Source of the DNA: Candidatus Lustribacter sp.
Lineage (GTDB): Bacteria; Vulcanimicrobiota; Vulcanimicrobiia; Vulcanimicrobiales; Vulcanimicrobiaceae
Direction: 5' to 3'
NCBI GenBank assembly: GCA_965277805.1
Contig: OZ255842.1
Location: 4,512,001-4,576,000 of the forward strand
DNA length: 64,000 nt
A program made the translations under genes and the position numbers. This document shows positions 47,842 through 56,507 of the stretch, piece after piece. Every line of letters begins with the position of its first letter. Positions within the stretch are counted from its first letter, which is position 1. The notes beneath the pieces are model-generated. The model saw only the letters and a list, made by a program, of their open reading frames with translations. It made no database searches and had not been told where the DNA came from.

Positions 47842-48207
47842 TTACCGGGAAGCGGCGGGCAAATACTCCTTGGGAATCGGGGTTCCCGGTGCGGCCACGA
47901 ACGCGGATGCGGTTCGGCCGCTCATCAGCGTCACGAACAGCACGCCGGTTTCCCGCGCGTCCTCGAACAGCCGGGTCGCGCAGATCATGCGCCAGCCGTG
48001 CGGCATTTTCTCCGGCTTCTCGAGCAAGCCCGGAAACGGCGGATCGGTGCGCCAGCCGTTGGCGGCTTCGAACTCCGGCACGGTAATGTGCTTCGCTCGC
48101 GTGAAAAACTCTTCGGCCGTCTCCGCGCCGGGAACGGGATTGCCGACGCACGCGCTCGCGTGATCGGCGTATGAATCGGTGATGAACGTTCTCTGGTAAC
48201 TGTCCAT
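47842..48207 (-). CDS. Hypothetical protein (121 aa)
   Basis: Fills the gap between the pnp terminator and the SDR; host-like codon usage; no family recognised. Confidence 0.65.
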   Translation of the reverse strand: MDSYQRTFITDSYADHASACVGNPVPGAETAEEFFTRAKHITVPEFEAANGWRTDPPFPGLLEKPEKMPHGWRMICATRLFEDARETGVLFVTLMSGRTASAFVAAPGTPIPKEYLPAASR

Positions 48208-48269
48208 TTCGACGCCAGCGCTTGGCGAACGATCGTTTGAGAACCCTGCCGGCGGCGCGAACTGTGAGC

Positions 48270-48302
48270 AAAACGGGCGCCGGCATGTTGCCGGCGCCCG
48301 TT
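48270..48302 (-). terminator. Intrinsic terminator after pnp
   Basis: 14-bp stem aacgggcgccggca/tgccggcgcccgtt followed by TTTT on the minus strand. Confidence 0.8.
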
Positions 48303-48326
48303 CCTGTTTCGTCCGAACCCGTGCGT

Positions 48327-50555
48327 TTAGTCGCGGCGGGGTGGGCGGCGTCCGCGGCCGCGCGGCGCGCCGTTGCGCTCACCGCCCGCACCGGCGGGTT
48401 CTTCGCTGCGCGGCGCAGGCGCCGCACCGTTGGTATCATCGGTCGCGCCGCCGAGAACGGCCTTGCGCGAGAGGTTGATACGGCCTTGCGAATCGATCTC
48501 GACGACCTTGACCATGATCTGGTCGCCGATCTTGACCACGTCTTCGACGCGCTCGACGCGTTGCGGCGCGAGCTGCGAGATATGGACGAGGCCTTCCTTG
48601 CCCGGCAAGATCGCGACGAACGCACCGAAGTTCATCAATCGCGTTACCGTGCCGAGGTAGGTCTCACCGACTTGCACCGACTTGGTCAACGATTCGACCA
48701 TGCCTTTGGCCTTCTCCGCGGCGACACCGTCGGGCGCGGAGATGTAGACGTGACCGTCGTTTTCGATGTCCATCTTGACGCCGGTGTCGGCAATGATCTT
48801 GTTGATGACCTTGCCGCCGGGCCCGATGACGTCTTTGATCTTGTCCGGCGGAATCGTCAGCACGATCATCCGCGGCGCGTACGCACTCATCTCAGTGCGC
48901 GCGGCCGGCAGCGTTTCCTTGAGCTTGTCGATGATCGACAGGCGGGCTTTCTTCGCTTGACCCAGCGCTTCGCGCATGATGTCGATCGTGATGCCGTCGA
49001 CCTTGATGTCCATCTGAATTGCGGTGATCCCATCGACCGTGCCCGCAACCTTGAAGTCCATCTCGCCGAGCGAATCTTCCATGCCTTGGATATCGGTGAG
49101 GACCGCATGCTTCTTGCCGTGCAAGATCAGGCCCATCGCGATGCCGCCCACGTGCTTCGGAATCGGCACGCCGGCGTCCATCAGCGCGAGCGTCGAACCG
49201 CAGATCGACGCCATCGACGACGAGCCGTTGGATTCGAGCGTTTCGCTGACCAAGCGCATCGTGTAGGGGAACTCGTCCTGCGGCGGCAGGATCGGCACCA
49301 GCGCGCGTTCCGCGAGGTGACCGTGGCCGATTTCGCGGCGGCCGGGTCCGCGCATCGGGCGCGTCTCGCCGACCGAATACGGCGGGAAGTTGTAGTAGTG
49401 CATGTAGCGCTTGTTCGGAATCGCCATGATGCCGTCGAGGCGCTGTTCGTCACCGATCGAACCGAGGGTTGCGGCGGTGAGCACTTGCGTTTGGCCGCGC
49501 GTGAAAACGCCGGTGCCGTGAACGCGCGGCAGAATGCCGACCTTCGACCAGATCGGGCGGATCTCGTCGGCTTTGCGGCCGTCGGGACGCAGTTTCTCGT
49601 CGACGACCATTACGCGCAGTTCTTCTTCCTCCATCGACTTGATGATGGAATCGAAGTCTTTGCTGTTCTTGTCTTCGAGCAGCGCTTTGATCTCGGCGTC
49701 TTTCGGGCCGACTTTTTCGAGCGCGGTTTCCTTCGAGAATTTTGCGAAGGCCGAATTGCGTTCGCCCTTCTCGACGATGCGCATCGCCTTGGCGACGTCT
49801 TTTTTGAACGTCTTACGGACCCACGCATCGAGCGTCGAGTTGACGGTGAGCAGCGGATAGGTCCGCTTTTTCTTGCCGGCTTTTTTCGCCAGCTGGTTGA
49901 TCGCGGTAACGATCTTCTTGACCGCCGCATGGCCGAACTCAACGGCGCCGAGCAGATCTTCCTCGGAAATTTCGTGGCCGCCGCCTTCAACCATCATCAC
50001 GCCGTCGAGCGTACCGGCGATGACGATGTCCATGCCGCCGGATTCGTATTCGGGCAGCGTGGGGTTGATGATGTACTTACCGTTTTCGTCGCGGCCGACG
50101 CGCACGGCGGCAACGTTCTTGTCGAACGGAATGTCGGACACGGCGAGCGCCGCACCGGCGCCGCACACGGCGAGCACGTCGGCATCGAGTTCGCGATCGA
50201 TCGAGAGCACCGTCGTCACGATCATGACGTCGTTGCGGAAGCCTTCTTGAAAGAGCGGGCGGATGGGGCGATCGATTTGACGCGCGCTCAGCGTGCCGTG
50301 CTCGGAGGCACGGCCTTCGCGCTTGATGTAGCCGCCCGGGATCTTGCCCGCGGCATACATCTTCTCTTCAAATTCGCACGTCAGCGGAAAGAAATCGACG
50401 CCCGAGCGCGGTTGCTCCGAGGCGGTGACACAGGCGAGGACAACGTTCGCATCGCCGTAACGGACGAGGACGCTGCCGTTGGCTTGCTTAGCAAGCTCGC
50501 CGGTCTCGAATGTCAGGGTGCGACCCCCGATCTCGAGAGAGACGGATTCTGGCAC
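48327..50555 (-). CDS. pnp: Polyribonucleotide nucleotidyltransferase (PNPase)
   Basis: DFFPLT, AAGKIPGG, FTRGQTQ, SNGSSSMAS and DFKVAGT motifs; KH and S1 domains; downstream of rpsO. Confidence 0.99.
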   Translation of the reverse strand: MPESVSLEIGGRTLTFETGELAKQANGSVLVRYGDANVVLACVTASEQPRSGVDFFPLTCEFEEKMYAAGKIPGGYIKREGRASEHGTLSARQIDRPIRPLFQEGFRNDVMIVTTVLSIDRELDADVLAVCGAGAALAVSDIPFDKNVAAVRVGRDENGKYIINPTLPEYESGGMDIVIAGTLDGVMMVEGGGHEISEEDLLGAVEFGHAAVKKIVTAINQLAKKAGKKKRTYPLLTVNSTLDAWVRKTFKKDVAKAMRIVEKGERNSAFAKFSKETALEKVGPKDAEIKALLEDKNSKDFDSIIKSMEEEELRVMVVDEKLRPDGRKADEIRPIWSKVGILPRVHGTGVFTRGQTQVLTAATLGSIGDEQRLDGIMAIPNKRYMHYYNFPPYSVGETRPMRGPGRREIGHGHLAERALVPILPPQDEFPYTMRLVSETLESNGSSSMASICGSTLALMDAGVPIPKHVGGIAMGLILHGKKHAVLTDIQGMEDSLGEMDFKVAGTVDGITAIQMDIKVDGITIDIMREALGQAKKARLSIIDKLKETLPAARTEMSAYAPRMIVLTIPPDKIKDVIGPGGKVINKIIADTGVKMDIENDGHVYISAPDGVAAEKAKGMVESLTKSVQVGETYLGTVTRLMNFGAFVAILPGKEGLVHISQLAPQRVERVEDVVKIGDQIMVKVVEIDSQGRINLSRKAVLGGATDDTNGAAPAPRSEEPAGAGGERNGAPRGRGRRPPRRD

Positions 50556-50639
50556 AAATACTCCTAAATTTTTCTATTTTTTGTCGTTTGTTGTAACGAG
50601 CGAAGGTTCGAGCTTTCCCCGTTGATGTCATCCCAATGC

Positions 50640-50674
50640 GAAAAGCGTGCTGCCGGTTGGCAACACGCTCTTTC
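50640..50674 (-). terminator. Hairpin/terminator between rpsO and pnp
   Basis: Minus strand gagcgtgttgcc-aacc-ggcagcacgcttttc. Confidence 0.65.
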
Positions 50675-50684
50675 GTTGTCTTGG

Positions 50685-50954
50685 TTAGCGGCGCAGGCCG
50701 AGGTCGGCGATGAGCTTGCGGTAGCGCTCGAGATCTTTGTTCTGGAGGTAGCTGAGAAGGCGCCGGCGCTGTCCGACTTGCATGAGCAAGCCGCGGCGGC
50801 TGTGATGATCCTTCTTGTGGATCTTCAAATGCTCGGTCAGCTGGTTGATCGACGAAGTGAGGATCGCGATCTGCACGTCGGCTGAGCCGGTATCGTTGGG
50901 ACCGCGGCCGAATTTGGTCGCGATCTCCGTCTTTTGTTCTTTGGTTAACGGCAC
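50685..50954 (-). CDS. rpsO: 30S ribosomal protein S15
   Basis: [29 protein letters not shown] and LGLRR motifs; 89 aa. Confidence 0.99.
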   Translation of the reverse strand: MPLTKEQKTEIATKFGRGPNDTGSADVQIAILTSSINQLTEHLKIHKKDHHSRRGLLMQVGQRRRLLSYLQNKDLERYRKLIADLGLRR

Positions 50955-51030
50955 GAAACGGTAGTCTTTCCAGGGGAAATTGTCTCGCTCGGCTCCAGAA
51001 CCGCGTCAATGACGCATCCAGTCCGGCGAC
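50955..51030 (-). ncRNA. Candidate structured rpsO leader (S15 autoregulatory RNA)
   Basis: ~76-nt 5' UTR able to form a long imperfect hairpin (ucgc-cgg...gcguc-auu-gacgc...ccg-a-gcga). Confidence 0.45.
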
Positions 51031-51036
51031 CGGCGA

Positions 51037-51065
51037 AGTGTATCAAATCGCGGAAATCCTGTCAA
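51037..51065 (-). promoter_or_regulatory. Sigma70 promoter of rpsO-pnp
   Basis: TTGACA-N17-TACACT with extended TG. Confidence 0.8.
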
Positions 51066-51114
51066 AGCAATGTGTGTAAGGCCTTAGCCTGGTCGCGCGC
51101 GAAAACCGGAATTC

Positions 51115-51453
51115 GTGAATTCCGACACCTTCGTTCCGGTCGGCGCCGCGGCCGACATCGCACGCGGCAAGTCGGCGGTCGTCCAAGTCGATCGCACCGA
51201 AGTGGCCGTGTTCAACGCCGGCGGCACGTTCTACGCGCTCGAGAACATGTGCCCGCATCAGGGCGCATCGCTCGCCGAAGGCTGGGTCGAGGGCACCACG
51301 GTCACCTGCCCCTGGCATGCGTGGTGCTTCAACCTGACCGACGGCTCGATGACCCTCGGCGCGTGGGCCACAGTCGACGCCTACGACGTGAAGGTCGAGG
51401 ACGGCCAGGTCTCGGTGAGCCGCACCCCGCGGCCCAAACCGCCCAAGACCTAG
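51115..51453 (+). CDS. Rieske [2Fe-2S] ferredoxin
   Basis: CPHQG and CPWHAWCF motifs. Confidence 0.92.
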   Translation: MNSDTFVPVGAAADIARGKSAVVQVDRTEVAVFNAGGTFYALENMCPHQGASLAEGWVEGTTVTCPWHAWCFNLTDGSMTLGAWATVDAYDVKVEDGQVSVSRTPRPKPPKT

Positions 51454-52499
51454 CCGGCGAGCGCTCGTCGCAGACCGGCCAATGAGGCCGAACCGGTGGC
51501 GAACATCGCGATGCGCAGGCCGTCGGTCAGCGTGGCGATCAACTCGTCCACCGCTTCTCGTGAGATGCTGGCGGCTTGGAGAAACGGCAGCGCCAGGCCG
51601 CACAGGTCGGCGCCGAGCGCGACCGCGCGGGCGATGTCGACCCCGCTGCGCACGCCGCCACTGGCGATCAGCGGCACGGAGGGGAAGCGCTCGCGCAGCG
51701 CCCGCACGTTGTCGGCCGTGGGCTGACCCCAGCCCGCGAACGTCTCGGCCAAGGCCTCGCGGCGCTCATCGCCCGAGCGCTTGCCCTCGACCCGGGCCCA
51801 CGAGGTGCCGCCGGCCGCGGCCACATCGATGCCGGCGACCCCGGCGTCGAGCAACCGCGCCGCCGTCGTTACGCCGATGCCGGAGCCGACGCTCTTGGCG
51901 ATGACCGGCACCTCGAGCGCCGCGCACAGGCCGGCGATCTTCGGCAGCAGGCCGCGGAAGTCGGTGTCGCCGCCCGGCTGCAGCGCCTCCTGGAGCGGAT
52001 TCAAGTGCAGAAAGAGGCCGTCGGCGCGCAGGCCGGCCACCAGGCGTCGCACGTCGTCGACCGCGATGCCGTAGTTCAGCGAGACCGCGCCGATGTTGGC
52101 GAAGAGCACCGCTCCCGGCGCGACCCCGCGGACGTCGAAGGTCGGCAAGAGGGCCGGGTTCTCGATCAGCGCCCGCCCGCTGCCGAGGCCCATCGCGATC
52201 CCGGCAGCCCCGGCCGCCTCGGCCAGGCGCAGGTTCAGCTCGGCCGCGCGGCCGGTGCCGCCGGTCATCGACGAGATCAGGATCGGGGCGCGCAGGCGGA
52301 ACCCGAGGAAGCGCGCGGCCGGATCGACCTCGGCCAGCGCGATCTCCGGCAGCGCCTCGTGCCGCAGGCGCACGGACGACCAGCCGGCATCGAGGCTCGA
52401 AGCCACGTCGTCGTCGAGGCAGATGTCGAGGTGGCGCGCCTTGCGCGCTTCCGTCGCGTGGGTCCCGGATTGGAGCACGCCCTCGCCTTCCACAGGCAT
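51450..52499 (-). CDS. fni: Type 2 isopentenyl-diphosphate delta-isomerase
   Basis: RKARHL, HEALPE, ISSMTGG, GLGSGR, HLNPLQE..QPGGD, GGTSW and ASGGVR motifs. The track ORF is over-extended to 53093. Confidence 0.95.
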   Translation of the reverse strand: MPVEGEGVLQSGTHATEARKARHLDICLDDDVASSLDAGWSSVRLRHEALPEIALAEVDPAARFLGFRLRAPILISSMTGGTGRAAELNLRLAEAAGAAGIAMGLGSGRALIENPALLPTFDVRGVAPGAVLFANIGAVSLNYGIAVDDVRRLVAGLRADGLFLHLNPLQEALQPGGDTDFRGLLPKIAGLCAALEVPVIAKSVGSGIGVTTAARLLDAGVAGIDVAAAGGTSWARVEGKRSGDERREALAETFAGWGQPTADNVRALRERFPSVPLIASGGVRSGVDIARAVALGADLCGLALPFLQAASISREAVDELIATLTDGLRIAMFATGSASLAGLRRALAG

Positions 52500-52529
52500 C
52501 CCGCTCGGCCTCGCCAATCCGACGCCACC

Positions 52530-53027
52530 ATGGACGCGACGTACGATGGGGCGACGGGAACGGCGGGCGGCGCGGCGTTCGGGGCTGCGCTGACGGCCCT
52601 GGCCGCGGCGGAGAAACTCGACGCCGCCGCGCTGGCGGCCAAGGCCGAGCTGCCGGCCGGCCTGGTCGGCCGCGTGCTGGCCGGGGAAGAGCGGATCGGC
52701 GTCGCCGCCATGGCGCGGTTGGCTCGCGCCCTGCGCCTGAAGGCGATCGAGTTCATGCAGAAGAGCGGCCTGCTCTCGCTCGAGGTCTACGCGATGGGCC
52801 TCGATCCGCTCTACTTTTTGCCCGACGGCCAGATCCGCTTCGACGCGCGGATCTACATGCGCGAGATCAACCCGCGCCACGCCGTTCCCGAGGGCGACAT
52901 GCTCAAGCGGAACCCGGTGCTCAAGGCCCTCCTCGAAGATACCGTCCTCGATCCGACCGGCCGCTTGGAAGTCGAACTGGCCTACTTGCTTCGCGCGGCC
53001 GTCCAGTCCACCGCGGGCACATTGTAG
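52530..53027 (+). CDS. Hypothetical protein with N-terminal XRE-like HTH
   Basis: FGAAL...AALAAKAELPAGLVGRVLAGEE.IG...ARLARAL pattern; divergent from fni; C-terminal half unrecognised. Confidence 0.65.
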   Translation: MDATYDGATGTAGGAAFGAALTALAAAEKLDAAALAAKAELPAGLVGRVLAGEERIGVAAMARLARALRLKAIEFMQKSGLLSLEVYAMGLDPLYFLPDGQIRFDARIYMREINPRHAVPEGDMLKRNPVLKALLEDTVLDPTGRLEVELAYLLRAAVQSTAGTL

Positions 53028-53062
53028 ATGGATGGGCGGCGAGTTTGAGAAATGAGGGCGCC

Positions 53063-53623
53063 ATGGAAATCGAAGGTAAGCGCGTCGCGGCATTGGTTGG
53101 CGACGGATTTGAAGAATCGGAACTGCTGGATCCGAAGCGGGCCCTCGAGGAAGCGGGCGCCGTCGTAACGATCGTCGGTGTCGACGACCGCGCGCTGCAA
53201 AAAATTCGCGGCAAAAAGGGCTTGGACGAAGGCCAGAGCGTGAAGGCTGAGGAGATCGTCGCCGATGTGACGGCCGACGATTTCGACGCGATCTTGATTC
53301 CGGGCGGCACCTCGCCGGATCACTTGCGCATGAACAAAGAAGTGCAGCGCTTCGTGCGCGAGTTCGATCTGGCGAAAAAGCCGATGTTCATCATTTGCCA
53401 CGGACCGCAGATCCTGATTTCCGCGCAGCTCGTACGCGGCCGTACCCTGACCGGGTTCGCATCGATTGCCGACGATATCCGCAATGCCGGCGGCCTCTAT
53501 CGCGATCAGCCCGTCGTCAACGACGGCAATTGGGTCACCTCGCGCAACCCGCAAGACCTGATGCTCTTCAACCGCGCGATCCTCGAAAAACTCGCATCGG
53601 CCGGAGCCGCACAGCCGGCTTAG
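53063..53623 (+). CDS. PfpI/DJ-1 family (type 1 glutamine amidotransferase-like) protein
   Basis: GFEESE, ILIPGG, ICHGPQ and VTSRNPQDL motifs. Confidence 0.93.
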   Translation: MEIEGKRVAALVGDGFEESELLDPKRALEEAGAVVTIVGVDDRALQKIRGKKGLDEGQSVKAEEIVADVTADDFDAILIPGGTSPDHLRMNKEVQRFVREFDLAKKPMFIICHGPQILISAQLVRGRTLTGFASIADDIRNAGGLYRDQPVVNDGNWVTSRNPQDLMLFNRAILEKLASAGAAQPA

Positions 53624-54729
53624 TTCACTCGTGTGAGGCGCGGATTGGGGCGTTCGGGGCGCCCCACTTTGTGGCATTCGCGCCAGCTGCCGTGTTCCAT
53701 GATCGCCACGATGTCGGCGGTGTAATCGTAGACGCCGTTGCCGTCGAAAAACGCGCTGCCGACCGCATACGCATCGACCGGAACGCGCGCGCTCTCGAAC
53801 GCTTCGATGCGCTTGGAATTGAAGCCGCCGCTGGCCACGATCTTCACGAAGTCGAAGCCCTCGGCATCGAGCGCGTTTCGCACGTTGTGCACGAGCTGCG
53901 CGTTGACGCCGGTAGGCGGGAACGTGCCCATCTGCGGAATGATCGAGGCATCGACGAGCGTTCCCGACGTGTCGAGACGCACGCCCCACAACCGGGTACC
54001 GAGCGCGCGCGCGACCGCAAGGCTCGTGCGCACGCAGTCGTTGTCGAAGTCGACGAGCGAGATCACGTTGACCTCGGGGTCGATGTACTCAGCGAATTTT
54101 TTCGTTGCCAGTACGGTATTCCCGGCGTACGCGGCGATCAGCGCGTGCGGCACCGTGCCCATACCCCGCGAACCCCACCACTCCGCGTTCGCGTCGGTCG
54201 ACACGCCGAGCGCGCCGGAAATATACGCCGCATAGCCGTCGCCGGTTTGCACGAGATGGTGATCGAAGCGCGCCGGAAAGAACAGCACGTCCTTGCCGCC
54301 GGCCGCGTCGACGATCGCGCGCGCGTTGGTCGCGATGCGCGTGCGCCGCGAGAGCACGCCGAGATACGGCGTCTCCAAGTGTGCGAAGAGATCGTAGTCG
54401 CCTTCGATCGTCATCACGGTTTCGAACGGGCCGACGTGGTCGCCGTCGTAGAGCGCGTGCACGTCGAGCTGGTTCCAGCCGTCGCGCCAGCGCGCGCCGT
54501 CGTGCCGGCCGGTGCACAGTTTGAGGATGGCGATCGCTTCATCGATGCCGCACAGCACGGAGTTGTTGCGCTGAAAGACCTGCATCCGCACGCGCGGACG
54601 GTAATCGTCGCGCTCGAGGATCTCTCGCGCGCGATTGAAATACGTGTCCGAGTAATACCCGTCACGCATTTTCTCGACCGGCAGGTTAAAGATCGCCGGG
54701 TCGAGGCGATGCCGTCCGTTGGCAAGCAT
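53620..54729 (-). CDS. Nicotinate/quinolinate phosphoribosyltransferase family protein (NAPRTase-like)
   Basis: SDTYF, GTVPHAL, LVDFDND, GVRLDTSG and ASGGF motifs. Confidence 0.85.
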   Translation of the reverse strand: MLANGRHRLDPAIFNLPVEKMRDGYYSDTYFNRAREILERDDYRPRVRMQVFQRNNSVLCGIDEAIAILKLCTGRHDGARWRDGWNQLDVHALYDGDHVGPFETVMTIEGDYDLFAHLETPYLGVLSRRTRIATNARAIVDAAGGKDVLFFPARFDHHLVQTGDGYAAYISGALGVSTDANAEWWGSRGMGTVPHALIAAYAGNTVLATKKFAEYIDPEVNVISLVDFDNDCVRTSLAVARALGTRLWGVRLDTSGTLVDASIIPQMGTFPPTGVNAQLVHNVRNALDAEGFDFVKIVASGGFNSKRIEAFESARVPVDAYAVGSAFFDGNGVYDYTADIVAIMEHGSWRECHKVGRPERPNPRLTRVN

Positions 54730-54767
54730 GGGTGGCTTGTACGCAGACGTGGTATGTTTTCCTCGTC

Positions 54768-56507
54768 ATGGCCGAATCGTTGACGAACGCGGAGATCGCC
54801 GGGCGCCTCAAAGAGATCCGCACGCTCATGGAGTTCGCGGGCGAGCCGTTTTTCAAATTCATGGCCTACGAGCGCGCGGCCGAGACGATCGAAAACGCGG
54901 CCCCGCTCGGCGACGTGCTGGCCGGCGGCCGGCTTCAGGAATTGCCCGGCGTCGGAAAGACGATCGCCGCCCGCATCGCCGAGCTCTGCGAAACCGGCAC
55001 GTGCGGCTACCTCGAGGAATTGCGCGCGAAGTATCCGTCGACGCTGCTGGAGGTGCTCGGCGTCGGCGGCGTGGGCATGAAAACCGCGCAGCAGATGTTC
55101 GAGAAGCTCGGGATCGCCTCGCTCGCCGACCTCGAAAAGGCGCTGGCAGCCGACGCGCTGAGCGAAATTCCGCGGCTGGGTAAGAAGTCGATCGAAAACA
55201 TCCGGCGCGGCGTGCTGGCCTATCAGGGGCGCAGCAAACGCACCCCGCTCGGCATCGCGGCGCCGCTCGCCCGCGAGATCACGGACTACCTCGCCGCCAA
55301 CTCGCCGGCGCACGACCTCACGCCGGCCGGCAGTCTGCGCCGCAACGAACCGACCGTCGGCGACATCGACATCGTCTGCACGTCGGATGAGCCCGACGCC
55401 GTGATCGCGGCGTTCACGAAGTGGGACCGGGCCGAGGCGGTGCTCGCCGAGGGCGGCACCAAGGCCAGCATTTGGCTCGCGGGCGGACTGCAGATCGACT
55501 TACGCGTGCTGCCCGCGCACGTCTACGGCAACTTGCTGCAGCACTTCACAGGCAGCCGCGAACATAATATCCAGCTGCGCGAACTGGCCGTGCGCAAGAA
55601 CTTGCGCGTCAGCGAGAACGGTATCGTCGATCTGACCGACGGCCGGCTGATCGTCTGCCGTACCGAATCCGAGGTGTACGCCACGCTCGGCTTGATGGAG
55701 ATCCCGCCCGAAATGCGCCTGGGCGTGGGCGAAATCGAAGCGGCGCGCGACGGTACGCTGCCGCAGGTCGTGGCGCTCTCCGATCTGCGCGGCGATTTCC
55801 ACATGCACACGCGCTGGAGCGACGGCGCCGATACGCTCGAAGCGATGGTCGCGGCGGCGGCGGCCCGCGGCTACGAGTACCACTCGATCAGCGACCACTC
55901 TCCCTCCCGCGGCAGCGGGCTCGACGCCGCGCAGCTGCGCGCGCAGCGGGCCGAAGTGCGGGCGCTGGGCGAGCGCTACAACATCCGCACCCTGTGCTCG
56001 GCAGAGGTCGACATTCTCGCCGATGGCTCGCTCGACTACGACGATGCGTCGCTCGCCGAGCTGGACATCGTGGTGGCGAGCGTCCATGCAAGCTACAATC
56101 AGACGCGTGATGAGATGACCGCGCGCTTGATCCGGGCTTGCGAAAACCCGTACGTGTCGATCATCGGTCACCCCACCGGCCGCAATATCGTCCATGGTTT
56201 TCCGGGACACGATTTCGACTCGGATGCCCTGTTCGCGGCCGCCGCCCGGACCGGAACGGCACTCGAGATCGACGGTCAGCCGGCCCGGTTGGATATGCCG
56301 AGCGGCTTGGCTCGCCGGGCACGCGAGTTCGGCGTGACGTTCGCCTGCGATTCCGACGCCCATGGATCAGCCCAGCTCAGTGACGTAGCGTATGCGATTG
56401 GACAGGCCCGCCGTGCATGGATAACGCCCGCTGAGGTGCTCAACGCACGGTCCCTCGCGGGGGTACTGGCTTTTGTTAAGACGAAGCGTGGAAGCGTCCC
56501 TATATGA
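54768..56507 (+). CDS. polX: DNA polymerase X with PHP domain
   Basis: AYERAA, LPGVGK, AGSLRR, GDIDI, QIDLR and HFTGS motifs; PHP HMHT..SDG, SDHS, HPTGR and DSDAH. Confidence 0.96.
   Translation: MAESLTNAEIAGRLKEIRTLMEFAGEPFFKFMAYERAAETIENAAPLGDVLAGGRLQELPGVGKTIAARIAELCETGTCGYLEELRAKYPSTLLEVLGVGGVGMKTAQQMFEKLGIASLADLEKALAADALSEIPRLGKKSIENIRRGVLAYQGRSKRTPLGIAAPLAREITDYLAANSPAHDLTPAGSLRRNEPTVGDIDIVCTSDEPDAVIAAFTKWDRAEAVLAEGGTKASIWLAGGLQIDLRVLPAHVYGNLLQHFTGSREHNIQLRELAVRKNLRVSENGIVDLTDGRLIVCRTESEVYATLGLMEIPPEMRLGVGEIEAARDGTLPQVVALSDLRGDFHMHTRWSDGADTLEAMVAAAAARGYEYHSISDHSPSRGSGLDAAQLRAQRAEVRALGERYNIRTLCSAEVDILADGSLDYDDASLAELDIVVASVHASYNQTRDEMTARLIRACENPYVSIIGHPTGRNIVHGFPGHDFDSDALFAAAARTGTALEIDGQPARLDMPSGLARRAREFGVTFACDSDAHGSAQLSDVAYAIGQARRAWITPAEVLNARSLAGVLAFVKTKRGSVPI

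Noticed and set aside
48222-50567. 781-aa plus-strand ORF
   Set aside because: Antisense shadow of pnp caused by high-GC codon bias; no motifs or RBS.
51576-53093. Long overlapping ORFs 51450-53093 (-) and 51576-53027 (+)
   Set aside because: Each is over-extended through the other; they resolve into fni (start ~52499) and a divergent gene (start 52530).
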